From Mobula birostris (taxonomy: Eukaryota): a stretch of 64,000 nt of DNA. Under the pieces are notes generated by a model. That model was not told the DNA's origin and ran no database searches. It saw only the letters and a program-made list of their open reading frames with translations. The stretch is taken from positions 194,055,345 to 194,119,344 of the forward strand of contig NC_092374.1 of assembly GCF_030028105.1 (NCBI RefSeq), read 5' to 3'. Below are positions 48,725 through 61,722 of this stretch, piece after piece. Both the position numbers and the translations under genes were made by a program. How positions within the stretch are numbered: the stretch's first letter is position 1; every line of letters begins with the position of its first letter.

Positions 48725-49579
48725 GTAAGATGGTGTCCTTTTCACTCAGATTGTTCATAAGAAGAAAACTGATTTGTAACAAAATGTCACCAGTTTGATG
48801 TTCTCTTCTTCTCGGTTCAACGTCAGTTCTTGATCCAATCTGCCCAACCCTATTCACTGCCACAGTATGACAACATTTTGCATCAATAGATGAACTCTTT
48901 TTGGTCTAAGTGTGTTCTCTATTGCAAAAATTGTGTGTAATTGATGCTTCATTGATGTTTTCCTTGTGAATGTTATGTAACTGATGCTGTGTGCCTATGA
49001 TGCTTCTGCAAGTCAGTTTTTCATTGCACTTGTGTATACATATGATGATGTTATTGACCCAGGAGAGCTCCTAATCACCGTTATTGACCTAAAGTGACCT
49101 CTGCCTCCTCTGTTGACCCAGGGAGATCCTATTAACTCCACACAAGATCCCAGACTCCTTTCCTAATAAAATCCATGGATATTATTCCATATCTGATCAC
49201 TAAACATTTGGTTCTTTATCCAACCTGCACAACCCTAATCACCACCTCAGTAGAGCAACATTACACTACAATAGACTTTGTATTTGTTCTAATTGGGTTT
49301 TCTCTTAAGTAATTGGAGCCATCGAGATCTGCAACACAAAAACAGGTTCTTCTAATAACGACAATGGCCTTTGAGTGTTATGGACTCGCAAAGTCACTTA
49401 TTGCATGTAAATATTGTTTTTTTTTAAATTAAGCTGTACTACATGCACTGTAAATATGTTTTGCACAGACTGGAGTAACATCACAATCTCCTTGTCTTGA
49501 ACAATGACAATAAAGTTCAATTCCATTCTATTCTTTGACTAATCTAGTCCATGCCAACCCAACACCTGTCCTTACACCT

Positions 49580-50265
49580 CCTCCCTCACCTCCATTCAGG
49601 GCTACAAACAGTCCTTCCAGGTGATGCAACACTTCACGTGCGAACCTGCATGGGTGAGACACGTTGTAAATTGGGGGACTGCTTCGTCGAGCACCTCCTC
49701 ACCATCCGCAAGAAGCGGCACTCCCCTGGTGGCCAAACAGGTTAATTCCAAAATCCCATTCTTATTCTGACGTGTTGATTTATGGCCTCCTCTTGTGCCA
49801 AGGTGAGGCCAACCTCAGGGTGGAGGAGTAACAAATTATAGTCTGTCTGGGTACCCTCGAATCTGATGGCATGAATATTGATTTCTCCTTCTGGGAAGCA
49901 ATTCCCCCCCCTACAAACTTCCTCTATTCTCCATTCTGACCTTTCACTTCTTCTCATCTGTCTATTCCTTCCCTCTGGGTTCCTTTCCTCCTATGGTACA
50001 CTCTTCTTTTCTATCTGGTTCTTTCTTCTCTAGTCCTTGACCTTTCAAATCCACCTGGCTTCACATAACACCTGCCAACTAGACTCTTTTTCTCCCCACA
50101 CCTCACCTTTTAATTCTGGCATCTTCCCCCTTCCTTCTGAGTCCTGAAGAAGGACCTCGGTCTGAATCGTCGACAGTTTATTCTTTTCCATAGATGCTGC
50201 CTGACCTGCTGAGTTCTTCCAGCACTTTGTGTGTGTCACTTTGGATTTCCATCATCTGCAGATTT
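49580..50265 (+). mobile_element. Penelope-like element 3' part (GIY-YIG endonuclease fragment)
   Basis: ORF 49551..49745: GETRCKLGDCFVEHLLTIRKK, then a decayed ..RVEE..GTLESDGMNIDF segment and a terminal GGACCTCGGTCTGAATCGTCGAC..GATGCTGCCTGACCTGCTG. Confidence 0.75.
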
Positions 50266-50499
50266 TCCCATGTTTACATGTTGTGTATGCTTTATGTCTA
50301 ATACATATTTTTCTGTGAATGTTGTGTACCTGATGCTGAATGCCTGTGATGTTGCTGCAAGTAAGCTTTTCATTGCACCTGTACATGCACATACTGTACT
50401 TGTGGATCAAACAATAAACTTGACCTTGGAATTTTAAAAATCTCTTGATGTCATAGAATCAAACATGCATTGGGCGTTCTCTTTCAAGAATCACTTGAT

Positions 50500-51930
50500 T
50501 CTGGCATGGTTGCAGAGGATTAGAAGATTGCAAATGTCACTCCACTCTCTAAGAAGAGAGGAAGGTAAAAGAATGGAAATTGTAGGCCAGTTAGCCTAAC
50601 CCCAGTGGTTGAGAAACTGTTGGAATCCATAAGTCAAAGTCAGCATGGTTTCTGTGAAGGGAAATCTTGCCTGAGAAATCTTTTGGAGTTCTTCAAGGAA
50701 GTTACAAGCAGGGTGGACAAAGGAGAGGCAGTGGATGTTACTTACTTGGATTTTCAGAAGGCGATTGATAAGGTGCCACACATGATGCTGCTTAACAAGA
50801 TAAAATCCAATGACATTAAAGGAAAGAGATATGGATGGATAGAAGAATAGCTGACAGGCAGGAGACAGTGAGTGGGAATGAAGGGGGTCTTTTCCAGTTG
50901 GCTGCCAATGACTACTTGTGTTCCTCAGGGGTCAGTATTGGGACCGCTGCTTTTCACATTGTTTGTCAATGATTTGGATAGTTGAATTGATGGTTTTGTG
51001 GAAAAGTAGGTGAAGGGGTAGGTAGTGCTGAGGAAGCATTGCGATTTCAGCAGGGCTTTGACAAATTGGAAGAATGGGCAAAAATGTGGCAGATGGGATA
51101 TAATGTTGGGAAATGAATGATAATGCATTTTGGTAAAAGGAACAATCGTGCAGACTATTATTTAAATGGAGAGAAAATTCAAACATCAGAGGTGCAGAGG
51201 GAGCTAGGGATCCTTGTGCAAGACTCCAGAAGTTTAAGTTACAGGTTAAGTCTGTGGTAAAGAAGGCAAATGCAATGTGGCATTCATTTCAAGGAGAATC
51301 GAATATAAAAACACTGAGATTATTCTGAGCCTTTATAAGACACTAGTCAGGCCGCACTTGGAGTATTGTCAACAGTTTTGAGCTCCGTACCCCAGAAAGG
51401 ATTTGTTGTCGTTGGAGAGCTTCCAGAGGAGGTTCACAAGGATGATTACAGGAATGAAAGAGTTAACATTTGGCAGCTTTGGGCCTGTACTCACTGGAAT
51501 TTAGCAGCATGCGGATGTGGGAGAATCTCATTGAAACCTACCAAATGTTGGAAAGACCAGATAGGGTTCAAGTGGAGAGCATGTTTCCTTGGGTGGGTGT
51601 ATCCAGAACTAGAGAGCACAGCCTCAGAATTGAGGGGTGACCCTTTAGAACAGTGTAATGAATTTTTTTAGGCAGAGAGTAGTGAATCTGTGGAATTCTC
51701 TGCCACAGACTGCAGTAGAGGCCAAGTCCATGGGTATATTTAAGGCAGAAGTTGATCGTTTCCTGATTGCTCAGGGCATCAAAGGATATGGCGAGAAGAC
51801 AGTGTGTGGGGTTGAGTGGGATCTGGGATCAGCCAGATTGGAATGGCAGAGCAGAATTGATGGGCTGAATAGCCCAATTCCGTTTCTATGTCTATGGTCT
51901 TATACTCCTTTCTCTTATGGTCTTATGATC
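50500..51930 (+). mobile_element. CR1 RT to 3' UTR fragment
   Basis: ORF 50605..50850 (QHGFCEGKSCL..YLDFQKAIDKV) and 51658..51933 (FFRQRVVNLWN). Confidence 0.85.
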
Positions 51931-51961
51931 TGAGACATGGCTTAATTTTCATTCTTTCCAG

Positions 51962-51996
51962 CGACAAGACCAATTGATCTACACACCAATGAAAAA
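51962..51996 (+). CDS. Receptor cytoplasmic exon 9 (35 nt; RQDQLIYTPMK), YxxM/ITIM-like motif
   Basis: TTTTCATTCTTTCCAG|, donor AA|GTGAGT, phase 0 to 2, open. Confidence 0.8.
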
Positions 51997-53199
51997 GTGA
52001 GTATGGATCCAGCCACCGCTAGATTAGTTGGCTTGCTACAAATGGAGCGTTACCCAGGGTCCAGTGTTACACTTCTGTCTGCGTGCTCTATTCAGCAGGG
52101 AAGCAGTGAGATGGATCACCATCCCAAAATGACCCTCTGCTGAGGAGAGTTCATTATCAGGTAATGGTACAATTTTTTGGCTGTCCAGTGAGCAGACTGG
52201 ACCCGCAGGATGGAGCGGTGAAGCCTGGTGCCCTGACAGCATGGTAGGAGTAGTTGGTATTCAAGTTGATGCATTGTATAGTGAGGTTAAGTAGATGATA
52301 GAGCAAAATTGTAGTCAGTGGGATGGGCTGAAGTGTAACATGGGGTCAAGGTCAAAAAGGGTGATGAATACAGGACTGAGATGTTATATTTCAATAGGTT
52401 CAATGGGTACATTTAATGTCAGAGAAATGTACACAATATACATCCTGAACTTCTTTTTCTTCGCAAACATCCAGGAAAACAGAGCAGTGCCCCAAAGAAT
52501 GATTGACAGTTAAACATTTGAACCCCAAAGACCCCCTACCAGCTCCCCCTCCCACGCACAAGCAGCAGCAGGGCAGCGAGTCCCCCCTTCCCCACCAGTG
52601 AAAAGCATTGGCGCCCATCACCAAGCAGTCAAACGTACAGCAAATTATCAATAAAGACACAGACTTGCAGTACTCCAAAGACTACTCATTTACCCGGTAA
52701 CTCGCATGCAACAGGCTCTCTCTTGCCCTAATAAGGGAAGAAAGGTGTCCCTGTTTCACAATGACAGAGGAGGCATAACAAACAACTCACTGATAATAGG
52801 GTTTTAAAAGTCTGTTGTGTCATTTTTTAACCAAGCTCTCTGCCCAAAGAACGTACGCCTCTGGGCACACAGCCAGCAGCTAGCCCACTGCTCCCGATGC
52901 TCCGTGTTTTTCTGCGACGCCTCAGTCAGACACTGACCTTGAATCAACCCATCTCCAGAGCCACGAAAATCTAGCAGCCTGAAGGCGCGCTAGCCTTCCA
53001 GGCCGCGTCCTGGGATATCAAAAAGCAGCTGGTCGTGAGGCCCTGAGAGCGGGTCCCATCCCCACAAAGAACCAAAGTCAGTATGTAACTCCAGGTCAGG
53101 GTCTTCAGAAGAACCTTTAAAGGGAAAAAGATAGAAATAGAGCTGTTTCCGAGGATGCAAGCAAAGGAATCGCCATTTATTGTACATTATACAGAATAA

Positions 53200-55690
53200 A
53201 TTAGATTATCTTTGGCACAATTAGAGATTGGCAGACGTGATATTATGGGCATCACGTTGCTGAAAAATCATAATTGGGAGCTTAAGGATACACCTTGTAC
53301 CAATAGGGCAGGCAGGTGGGGGCAGTAAAAAATGAAATGAAATCCTTAGAAAGCAGTGCCATAGGGTTGGAAGATGTAGAGTTATTATGGGTACAGTTAA
53401 GAAACTGCAAGGCTGAAAAGACCCTGGTGCAAGTTATGTACAGGCTCCCGAACCGAAGCTAGCATGTGAGATACAGATTTCAACAGGAACAAGAAAAGAC
53501 ATTTAACAAGGGCAATGTTATGATAGTCGTGGTGGAATTCCATGTGCAGGTAGATTGGGAAAATCAGATTGGTGCTGGATCCCAAGAGGGAATTCGTAGA
53601 ATGCTTGCAAGATGACATTTTAGATCAGCTTGTGGTTGAACCCAGTGGGGGACAGGTGATTCTGGATTGGGTGTTGTGTAGTGAACCAAATTTGATAACA
53701 GACCTTACAGCAAAGACACTTTGGAAGGCGGTGACTTTAATATGATAAAATTCACCCTGCATTTTGAGAGGGAGAAAAAGTATTACAGTGGCGTAAAGGG
53801 AGTTATGGAGACATGAGTGTGCAGCTGGCCAAAGCTGATTGTAAGGGGCCACTATCAGCGATGATAGCAGAGCAGCAATGGCTGGAGCTTCTAGGGACAA
53901 TGTGGGAAGAACAAGATAGATACATCCCAAAGATGAAGAAGTATCCTAAAGGGAAGACAAATCAACCGGGGCTGACAAGGAAAGTCAAGGAAAGCATAAA
54001 GGCAAAAGAGAGGGCATATGATATAGCAAAACAATGAGATATTAGGGGATTGGGAAGCTTTTAAAAACCAACAGAAGGCATCTAAAATCCATAAGGAGAG
54101 AAAAGATGAAATATGAAGGTAAGCTAGTTCATTCTTCTGGAAAGGAAGGAGGCAGAAGGCGGAAATTATAGGATAGTTAGCCTGACTTCAGTGTTGCAAA
54201 GATGTTGGAGTACATTATTAATAATGAGGTTTCAGAGTACATGATAAAGTAGGCTAAATTCAGAATTGATTCCTTAAGGAGAAATATTGCCTGACAAATT
54301 TGTTGGAATTCTTTAAGGAAATAATAAAGGAGAGTCGGTAGATGTTGCTTACTTCGATTTTCAGAAGGCCTTTGACAAGGTGCCACACATGGAGGTGATT
54401 AACAAGATAAGACACCACGTAATTACAGGAAAGATACTAGCATGGATAAAAAATTGCCAGGAGTGTTGGAAGGTTAGAATAAAGTGGACCAATCCTATTT
54501 GACTGCTGATGTCTAGTCCTGTTCCTCAGGGGTCAGTATTAGGACCGCTTCGTTTCACATTTTATGTCAACAATTTGAACAGCAGAATTTATGGGGTTGT
54601 GGCCAAGTTTGCAGATGATACAATGATAGATGGAGAGAGAGGTAATGTTGAGGAAGCAGGGGCTCTGACAGAATGGGTAAAGTGGCAGGTGGAATATAGT
54701 GTAAAGAAGTGTGTGGTCATGAACTTTGGTAGAAGGAATAAAGGCATAGACTGTTTTCTAAATGGAGATAAAATTCAAACTTTGGAGGTGCAACTTGTGC
54801 AGGATTCCCAAAGGTGGATTATCAGATTGAGTCAGTGGTACGGAAGGCAAATGTAATGTTAGCATTCATTTCAAGAGGATTAGAATATAAAAGCAAGGTT
54901 GTGATGCTAAGGCTTTATAAGGCATTGGTCAGACTGCACTTGGAATATTGGGCCCCATATCTAAGAAAAGATACTTTAGCACTGGATAGAGGAGTTTCAA
55001 GAGAATGATCCAGAATGAAAAGCTTATGGTATGTGGAACATTTGATGGCTCTGGCCCTGTACTCCCTGGAACTTAGAACAAAGAAGGGGAATCTCATTGA
55101 AACCTATAGAATTATGAGGGATATTGATAGGATGATAGCAAGCAGGCTTTCTTCCATTGAGGTTGGGTGGGATTGTAACCGTTTGTCATGGCTTAAGGGT
55201 GAAAGATGAGAAGTTTAAGGGGAACATGGGGTGAAACTTCTTCACTCAGAGGGTCATGAGAGTGTGGAATGAGCTGCCCGTGCAAGTGCTCCACACGAGA
55301 TCGACTTCAAAGTTTAAGAGAAGTTTGGACATGAATAGTAGGAATCTGTAGGGCTGTAGACCTGGTGCAGGTTGTTGGGAGTAGGCAGTTTAAATGGTTT
55401 TGGGCATGAACTACATGGCCAAAGGGTTATTTTCTCTGCTGTACTTCTTTATAGCCCTATGAATATTGAAAGGCCTAGGCAGAGAGGATTGCTCCTATAG
55501 TGGTGGAATCTAGGACCAAAGAGCACAGCCTCACAATAGAGGGATGTATATTTAGAACAGAGATGAGTAGAAATTTCTTCAGCCAGAGGGTGATGAGTCT
55601 ATGGAATTCATTGCTATGGATGGTTGCAGAGGCCAATTCATTGGGTATATTTAAAGCAGGGGTTGATAGTTTCTTGGTTAGTCAGGCTGT
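53200..55690 (+). mobile_element. Old fragmented CR1 ORF2 pieces (EN to RT C-terminus)
   Basis: ORFs 53813..54037, 54509..54856 ([12 protein letters not shown]), 54814..55008 and 55500..55925. Confidence 0.8.
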
Positions 55691-55952
55691 CAGACACCTG
55701 ACCCAAGGCTGCTGCACAAAGATTACACTGGGCCTGTGTACATATCTGACTCCAGGTCCCTCTCTTTGCCCTGATGCATTATCCCATTGTCTTTTGGTAT
55801 TTTGGCTACTCCTGTCTGGGTCATCTCCTGCCCCAGTACTGGCCACAGCGACACAGGTTTATGAAGCAACACATGAGCAGGACAATTCCCCCAACCACCC
55901 CCCTTTGCACTTTATCAATGAGTGACCTCCTTCCCCCTCTTTCTCCTCACAG

Positions 55953-55990
55953 CCTGAAGACTTTCAAAATCTCAACGGACAATGGCATGG
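55953..55990 (+). CDS. Receptor cytoplasmic exon 10 (38 nt; N-LKTFKISTDNGM)
   Basis: CCTTCCCCCTCTTTCTCCTCACAG|, donor GG|GTAAGT, phase 2 to 1, open. Confidence 0.82.
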
Positions 55991-56079
55991 GTAAGTAAAT
56001 CCCCTTGAGTGTGGCTGATGCAAAAAAGGGTGCATCCTCCGAACTCCCTGACACCCCAGTCACTCCTCACCTCAGCAGG

Positions 56080-56650
56080 CCATCTGTCCCATCGGTCCTA
56101 GTTGTCAGCATTACCAACAGCCTGTCCTGGTCCGTCCACATTGATGCTACAGCCAGGAAAGTTCACCAACACCTCTACTTCCTAAGGAAGTATCACGGCT
56201 TGGTAGGGCAACTGCTGTGCCCATGACCACAATGAATTGCACAGCTCAGCACAGCATGGAAACTGGCCTCACCTCCATGCACTCTGTATCTCTCGCTGAC
56301 TTGGCAAAGCAGCCAGCATAATCAAAGATCCTGTCCACCCCGGTCATTGTCACTCGATCCCATCCCATTAGGCAGTAGATACAAAAGTCTGAAAGCACGT
56401 ACCACCAGGATTCAGGACAGCTTCTACCCCACTGTTATCAGAGTATTGAATCGTTTGCTTGTACGATCAGGTGGAGTCCTGACCTCACAATCCACCTCCT
56501 CATGTCCTTGCACCACACTTTCTCTGTAAATATAACACTACATTCAGCATTCTGTTAGTGCTTTTCCCTTGTACTATCTCGATGCACTGACGTAATGGTA
56601 TGGTCTGTATGATGTCTGTACTTCAGTGCAATAATAAACAACTTACCAAT
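56080..56650 (+). mobile_element. Rex1/L2-type LINE 3' fragments
   Basis: ITNSLSWSVHIDATARKVHQHLYFLRK (ORF 56005..56226) and GSRYKSLKARTTRIQDSFYPTVIR (ORF 56347..56529). Confidence 0.7.
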
Positions 56651-56906
56651 CTAATAAGCAGACCAGGGTTTAGAATTGTCTTTGGACGAGAGGGCACTTT
56701 CAACCAGTGAAATCCACCATTTATTCCCAATGCAGAAACCAATCTCTGCACAGGAGTAACCCACAAGGAGACAACAAAAGGAATTAGGAACAAGAATTGT
56801 GTCCTGTGGCACTGTTCACTCCTCCTCACCTGCGCTCTCCATGTTCCTGCCCGTTGCTTTCACCTGTGGCAAAGGTTCACTGACATTCTCGTATTCACTC
56901 TCACAG

Positions 56907-56956
56907 ATGTGATCACCCAGTGTCGACCAGACAACTCGCCGCTCTCCGATGGAGAG
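56907..56956 (+). CDS. Receptor cytoplasmic exon 11 (50 nt; DVITQCRPDNSPLSDGE)
   Basis: ATTCACTCTCACAG|, donor AG|GTAAGT, phase 1 to 0, open. Confidence 0.8.
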
Positions 56957-57120
56957 GTAAGTACATATATAGTAGCTCATATCCTTGACAAATTGAAGAC
57001 CATTCAGCCTGTTCATGTCTGTCCACCCTAATTCTTCCACTTGAACCCCTGCAACCTGTTCTGCCCACTTTCCCACTGGGCTGCTCCTTGTTGGATATTC
57101 GCCTAGTGCTTTCCTTATAG

Positions 57121-57180
57121 GTTTACTTTCCTATGCTTGCTTACATTTTTATGAAATCACCTATATGGGAAAATTGTTCA
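57121..57180 (+). CDS. Candidate optional exon (60 nt; VYFPMLAYIFMKSPIWENCS)
   Basis: GTGCTTTCCTTATAG|, donor CA|GTAAGT, phase 0-0, open. Not needed for frame continuity. Confidence 0.35.
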
Positions 57181-57478
57181 GTAAGTTTTCTAGTAATTTG
57201 AGTACAGCTGATTCTGTATTTTTCTAAAAGCTTCTAAGTCTCTCTGCAGCAGGTATCATGCTACATGAGTTTGTCTATTTTATAGGTTCATTGCTGTCAC
57301 TGGGATGTTGTTATCTCGAGTCTGAATCTGAGGCAATCACCATTTCTTTTTCTTTGTCTTTTCCTTGTGAGTTCATTTTTCTTGTAAATCTTAACAAAAC
57401 GATTGTAGCCACCTACTTTTATGTCTCATTCTTGCCTTTCAAAGAACCTCGATTCTAAATGACCAGACCCAACACCCT

Positions 57479-57951
57479 CAGACAAGAGAAAATCTGCAGA
57501 TGCTAGAAATCCGAGCAACACATCCAAAAGGTTGGAGGAACAGCACTTTAAATTCTGATTGGGCAGCCCCCAACCTGATGGCATCAACATCATTTTCTTG
57601 AACTTCTGGTAATGCTCCCCACACCCCTCTCCTTCACTATTCCCCATTCCCATTTCCCTCTCTCATCTTATCTCTTTGCCTGCCCATGGCCTCCCTCTGG
57701 AGCTCCCCCTTTTCTTTCTTCCATGACCTTCTGTCTCTTTCACCGAGTTACTTCCCAGCTCTTTACTTCATCCCCTCCCCATTCAGGTTTCACCCATCAC
57801 CTGGTGTTTCTCTCTCCACTCCCCCACCTTTTAAATCTACTCCTCAGCTTTTTTCTCCAGTCATGCTGAAGGGTCTCGACTCAAAACGTCGACTGTACTC
57901 TTTTCCTAGATGCTGCCTGGCCTGCTGAGTTCCTCCAGCGTTTTGTGTGTG
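57479..57951 (+). mobile_element. Penelope-like 3' fragment with inverted 5' segment and 14-bp TSD
   Basis: AGACCCAACACCCT at 57465-57478 and 57952-57965. The first ~60 bp are the reverse complement of the PLE terminal sequence. Confidence 0.8.
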
Positions 57952-58548
57952 AGACCCAACACCCTGTACCAAGAGTAGAAGTTGATGTAATTTATTGTGG
58001 ATTAGGGGAATGTTCTGGAAAATTTGTGGCTGGAACTGAGAGCCGTTGCCAAAAAGTTCCGGAGACCGAATTTCAATTTGACTTCTTCTCTCAGCGGGTT
58101 ATGTGAATGCGGAACGAGCTGCCAGTGCAAGTGGTGCATGGGAGTTCAATTTCAATGCTTAAGAGAAGTTTGGATAGGTACTTGGATAGCAGTGGCATCT
58201 GGCATGGATGGCTTTGGTCCGGATAATGGTCAATGGGACGAGGCAGTTTGAATGGTCAAGTAGAATTGGCCCCCTTTATTCAAACCTTCCAACCCACTTG
58301 CCAATCAGCTAATCTTCTACTATGTTAGTATCTCTCCTGTTATACCATGGGGTCTTATCTTGTTAATCAGTCTCATGTGCTGTACTTTTCCTCCCACATC
58401 CCGAAACTGAGCAGCCTGATAACTTGATAGTCCGCTGTAAGTTGCAAAGGTGGGCAGTGGAATCTGGGTCTAGGAATGTGGGAGAGAATATTGCAGGCTA
58501 GCATTGATCTGGTGGGCTGAGTTTCATTCTGTGACACGATGTGGGTGA

Positions 58549-59303
58549 TATTACGTACCCCGGAACGAGTTAAAAGAAACAGCAGTAATGGAACACACCT
58601 GGAGTCTGGTTTTGCTGTTAACTAGCACTATTTTATTAGTAACTACGTAATAAAGTAACATGAAACCAGATAAATCAAACAGGTTAGCAGAGTTTTTGCA
58701 TATATAGGTGTGTAAATACAAAACCCAAACTTCTTCAAAATTAAGTGGTAACTGATACAGTTTTACGATGGTATGTAAACGAAGTCAGTTCAGTTCGTGA
58801 TATTCAGCTGAGTAGAATTGAGGAGAGAAAGAGCTGATTTGTTATCCAAGTAAGTCGATGCCGTCGATCGTTCCGTAGCCCTCCGAATCCTTTAAGGTCA
58901 CCGAATGTGACCATACTAAAGGTACCGTCTTCACGTGGTAAAACTATAAACCCAGGCAAGGGTTAAACACACTGAGAGCTTTCCACCGGTCACTCCTTTT
59001 CCCGCACTGAGAGAGCCACTGGTCGATTCTCCCGATCGATCCACAAAACCCACACGTTTTGGGGCACTCAAAGCTCATCAAGTTTCCGTTTCTTCTGTGT
59101 CTCTGTATGTCTACAAGAAAGCCAGCTGACCTTGTATATATATCCAAACATGCTGAACACCAGCTGTCCAGAATATAGCTCCACCCTTCTATCACCATGG
59201 CGACTCACGAGATGCTCGGTGCCTCTCTCTCTGAACCAGCGGCACACTCTCTCTCTTTTTAAAGGTACAGTCCGTAATGAATAACACTTAGGATTACGTC
59301 ATA
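58549..59303 (-). mobile_element. Solo LTR, Gmr1-type terminus
   Basis: The reverse strand ends AATAAA....GGGGTACGTAATA, like the LTR ends at 796 and 10767. Flanks GTGA/CTGA suggest a decayed 4-bp TSD. Confidence 0.6.
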
Positions 59304-59848
59304 CTGAACGATCTGTAAATAACTAACTGGAGACACAAGAGAAGGCAAATGCTAGAATCTGGAATGTCAAAAAATCTGCTGGAGGAGTCAATCGGGTTGA
59401 GCAGCCTCTGTAGCAGGGAGTGGTGGTGTGGGACATTTCCATTCAAAACCCTAAACCCTGCACCAGGGCTTGGAAGTCGAGATGGCCTGTACAAAGAGAT
59501 GAGGGTGTGTTGGAGGTAACTGGTAGTGGCTGCTGGATAACAGGCTCTGCAGATAACAGAAAGGGGTGGAATTTGGAGGCAAGGGTGGATGGCAGACAGC
59601 TCTGGGAAGGATGGGATATTTGGAAGTTTGGTTGATCGGCAAGCTTGGCAAGATTTTACGAGACGTTTCGGCTACAATCATGTGGGATGTGATTGGTTGT
59701 CGTATCCCTTGGCTCTGGATCTGGCACTTCGGGGAACATCAGGGCAGACATGGACCTGGTCTGATCTAATCCTTCACTGTATTGCCCTGCTTAGATTTCC
59801 ATGCCGATTGTAATAAGATGATTCTAATATAATCCTTTTCTCCACAAG

Positions 59849-59946
59849 GTACCCACTGTAGAGGACATCCAGTATGCAGAGATATATCCAAGTTACTCCA
59901 AAAACCGAACTCCTGCCAAGACATCGGTGGAAGATGGCGATTTGAA
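59849..59946 (+). CDS. Receptor cytoplasmic exon 12 (98 nt; VPTVEDIQYAEIYPSYSKNRTPAKTSVEDGDL), canonical ITIM
   Basis: ATCCTTTTCTCCACAAG|, donor AA|GTGAGT, phase 0 to 2. IQYAEI fits (I/V/L/S)xYxx(I/V/L). Confidence 0.85.
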
Positions 59947-60266
59947 GTGAGTTACTTATGAGTGGCTGGATACATAGGATGACTGAGCATGGAGAATCAC
60001 AGCACAGAAACAGGCCCTTCAGCACAGCATAATCCTCGGACTATGTTGTTCGAGGACGCAAACAACTCATTTCACTGCACAGGGTTCGATATGCACGTGT
60101 CAGGTAAAGATCACCTTTAACTCTGGCGCCAAATCAGAGGTGGAAGGATTGGAGAGAAGATTGGGAGCAACATTTTCACAAGAGTGGAGCGGGAGTCCAG
60201 AACTCCTTTGTGAAAGGGCAGGAGACACAGAAATCTTCAGCACCTTAAACTGAGTGATGTGTGTGT

Positions 60267-60420
60267 NNNNNNNNNNNNNNNNNNNNNNNNNNNNNNNNNN
60301 NNNNNNNNNNNNNNNNNNNNNNNNNNNNNNNNNNNNNNNNNNNNNNNNNNNNNNNNNNNNNNNNNNNNNNNNNNNNNNNNNNNNNNNNNNNNNNNNNNNN
60401 NNNNNNNNNNNNNNNNNNNN
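60267..60420. other. Assembly gap (154 N) flanked by simple repeats
   Basis: N run between (GT)n and a TCTG-rich sequence. Confidence 1.
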
Positions 60421-60689
60421 GTATCTCTCTGTCTGTCTGCCTGTGTGATCTAACAGCCTCTCAAATGTACTTCTACATCAATTTGCACCATTCCAGGCAG
60501 CTACCACTCTCTGTGTGTTTTTAAAAAAAGCACTTACTCCACAATCTCCTCTGAAATTTCTCCCTCTAACCTTAAATGCATTTCCTCTAGAAAGAGGAAG
60601 AAATTGCCTTTAAACTCACGAGAGAACATAGGCCATCAAACTTTTTTGCTGTTGATGTTTCTGTAGCAGGCAATTTCCTTTTTACAAGG

Positions 60690-60813
60690 TTGAGTTACTA
60701 GCTCGACTCTCAACCCAGCACGGGTGGAAAGCTGCCTGAGGAGCCAACTGGGTTCGAACTCGGGAACCTTCGCTCCGAAGTCCAGCGCTGATGCCACTGC
60801 GCCACCAGCTGGC
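60690..60813 (-). mobile_element. tRNA-derived SINE head with A and B boxes
   Basis: The reverse strand has TGGCGCAGTGG (A box, 60794-60804) and GAGTTCGAACC (B box, 60751-60761), followed by non-tRNA body sequence. Confidence 0.75.
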
Positions 60814-61722
60814 TACATTTCCTCTAATATTCAATGTTTATTATAATTATTCAATTTCAATATTAATGAAATAATCAAATTATTAAAGTAATGATAAAAT
60901 GCATTAATATATAACCAAAAAGAACACCAAATGGTCATGTTAGACATGGTTGAATTCTGTGAGTAAAAGTCACGCTGGAGTTTATTGTCATATGCATGGA
61001 TGCAATGAAACACTTAATTGCAGCAGCATCACATAGCATCATTTAAACAGAGTTACACACAAAATGCTGGAGGAACTCAGCAGGTCAGGCAGCATCTATG
61101 GAGAGGAATAAACACTCACTGTTTCAGGCTGAGACCTTTCAGCATGACTGAAAAGGAAGTGGGGTGGGGTCGGGGGGGAGAAGTAAAGAAGCTGGAAAGA
61201 GAAGGGAATAGTGGTGGGGGTAAGGAATACAAGCTGGCAGGTGATAGGTGAGACCAGGTGAGAGGGAGGCTGGGTGGCATTTGTCTGTGATGCGTTGGAT
61301 TTATAGCATCTGCAGAATCTCCTGTGTTTATCGTACTAATGTTATTCTCAAGCAAAGCATACATATATATATTTTTTTCATGACTTTACTCACCTCTTGA
61401 ATGAGTTGAGTAGTTTTGCCCCTTTTCCTGCAGAACAGTGGGTCAGAAACACAGTACTGGGGGAGAGAGCACTGCATGGATGCCTGTTACAAAATGCACC
61501 TAAGGTCTGGCCCCAGTGCAACCAGTGTCACTGTGCACCGGGTGCAGAATGTAATGGTGGGAGTAGGCAGATACACTTGGGCTGCCCCAATGCACACACT
61601 ACAAGAGGTAGATGCTGAATTTCGTAAAATAAAAATTTGACACTATCGCCACAGAAACGAAAAATGCCACCAGCACAGAGTCTGGGTCTCATTAACCCCA
61701 TCCTCCCCACTTCCTTTGGCAG

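Noticed and set aside
60745-60813. Possible tRNA gene on the minus strand
   Set aside because: A and B boxes are present but there is no matching 3' acceptor stem, and it runs straight into a SINE body.
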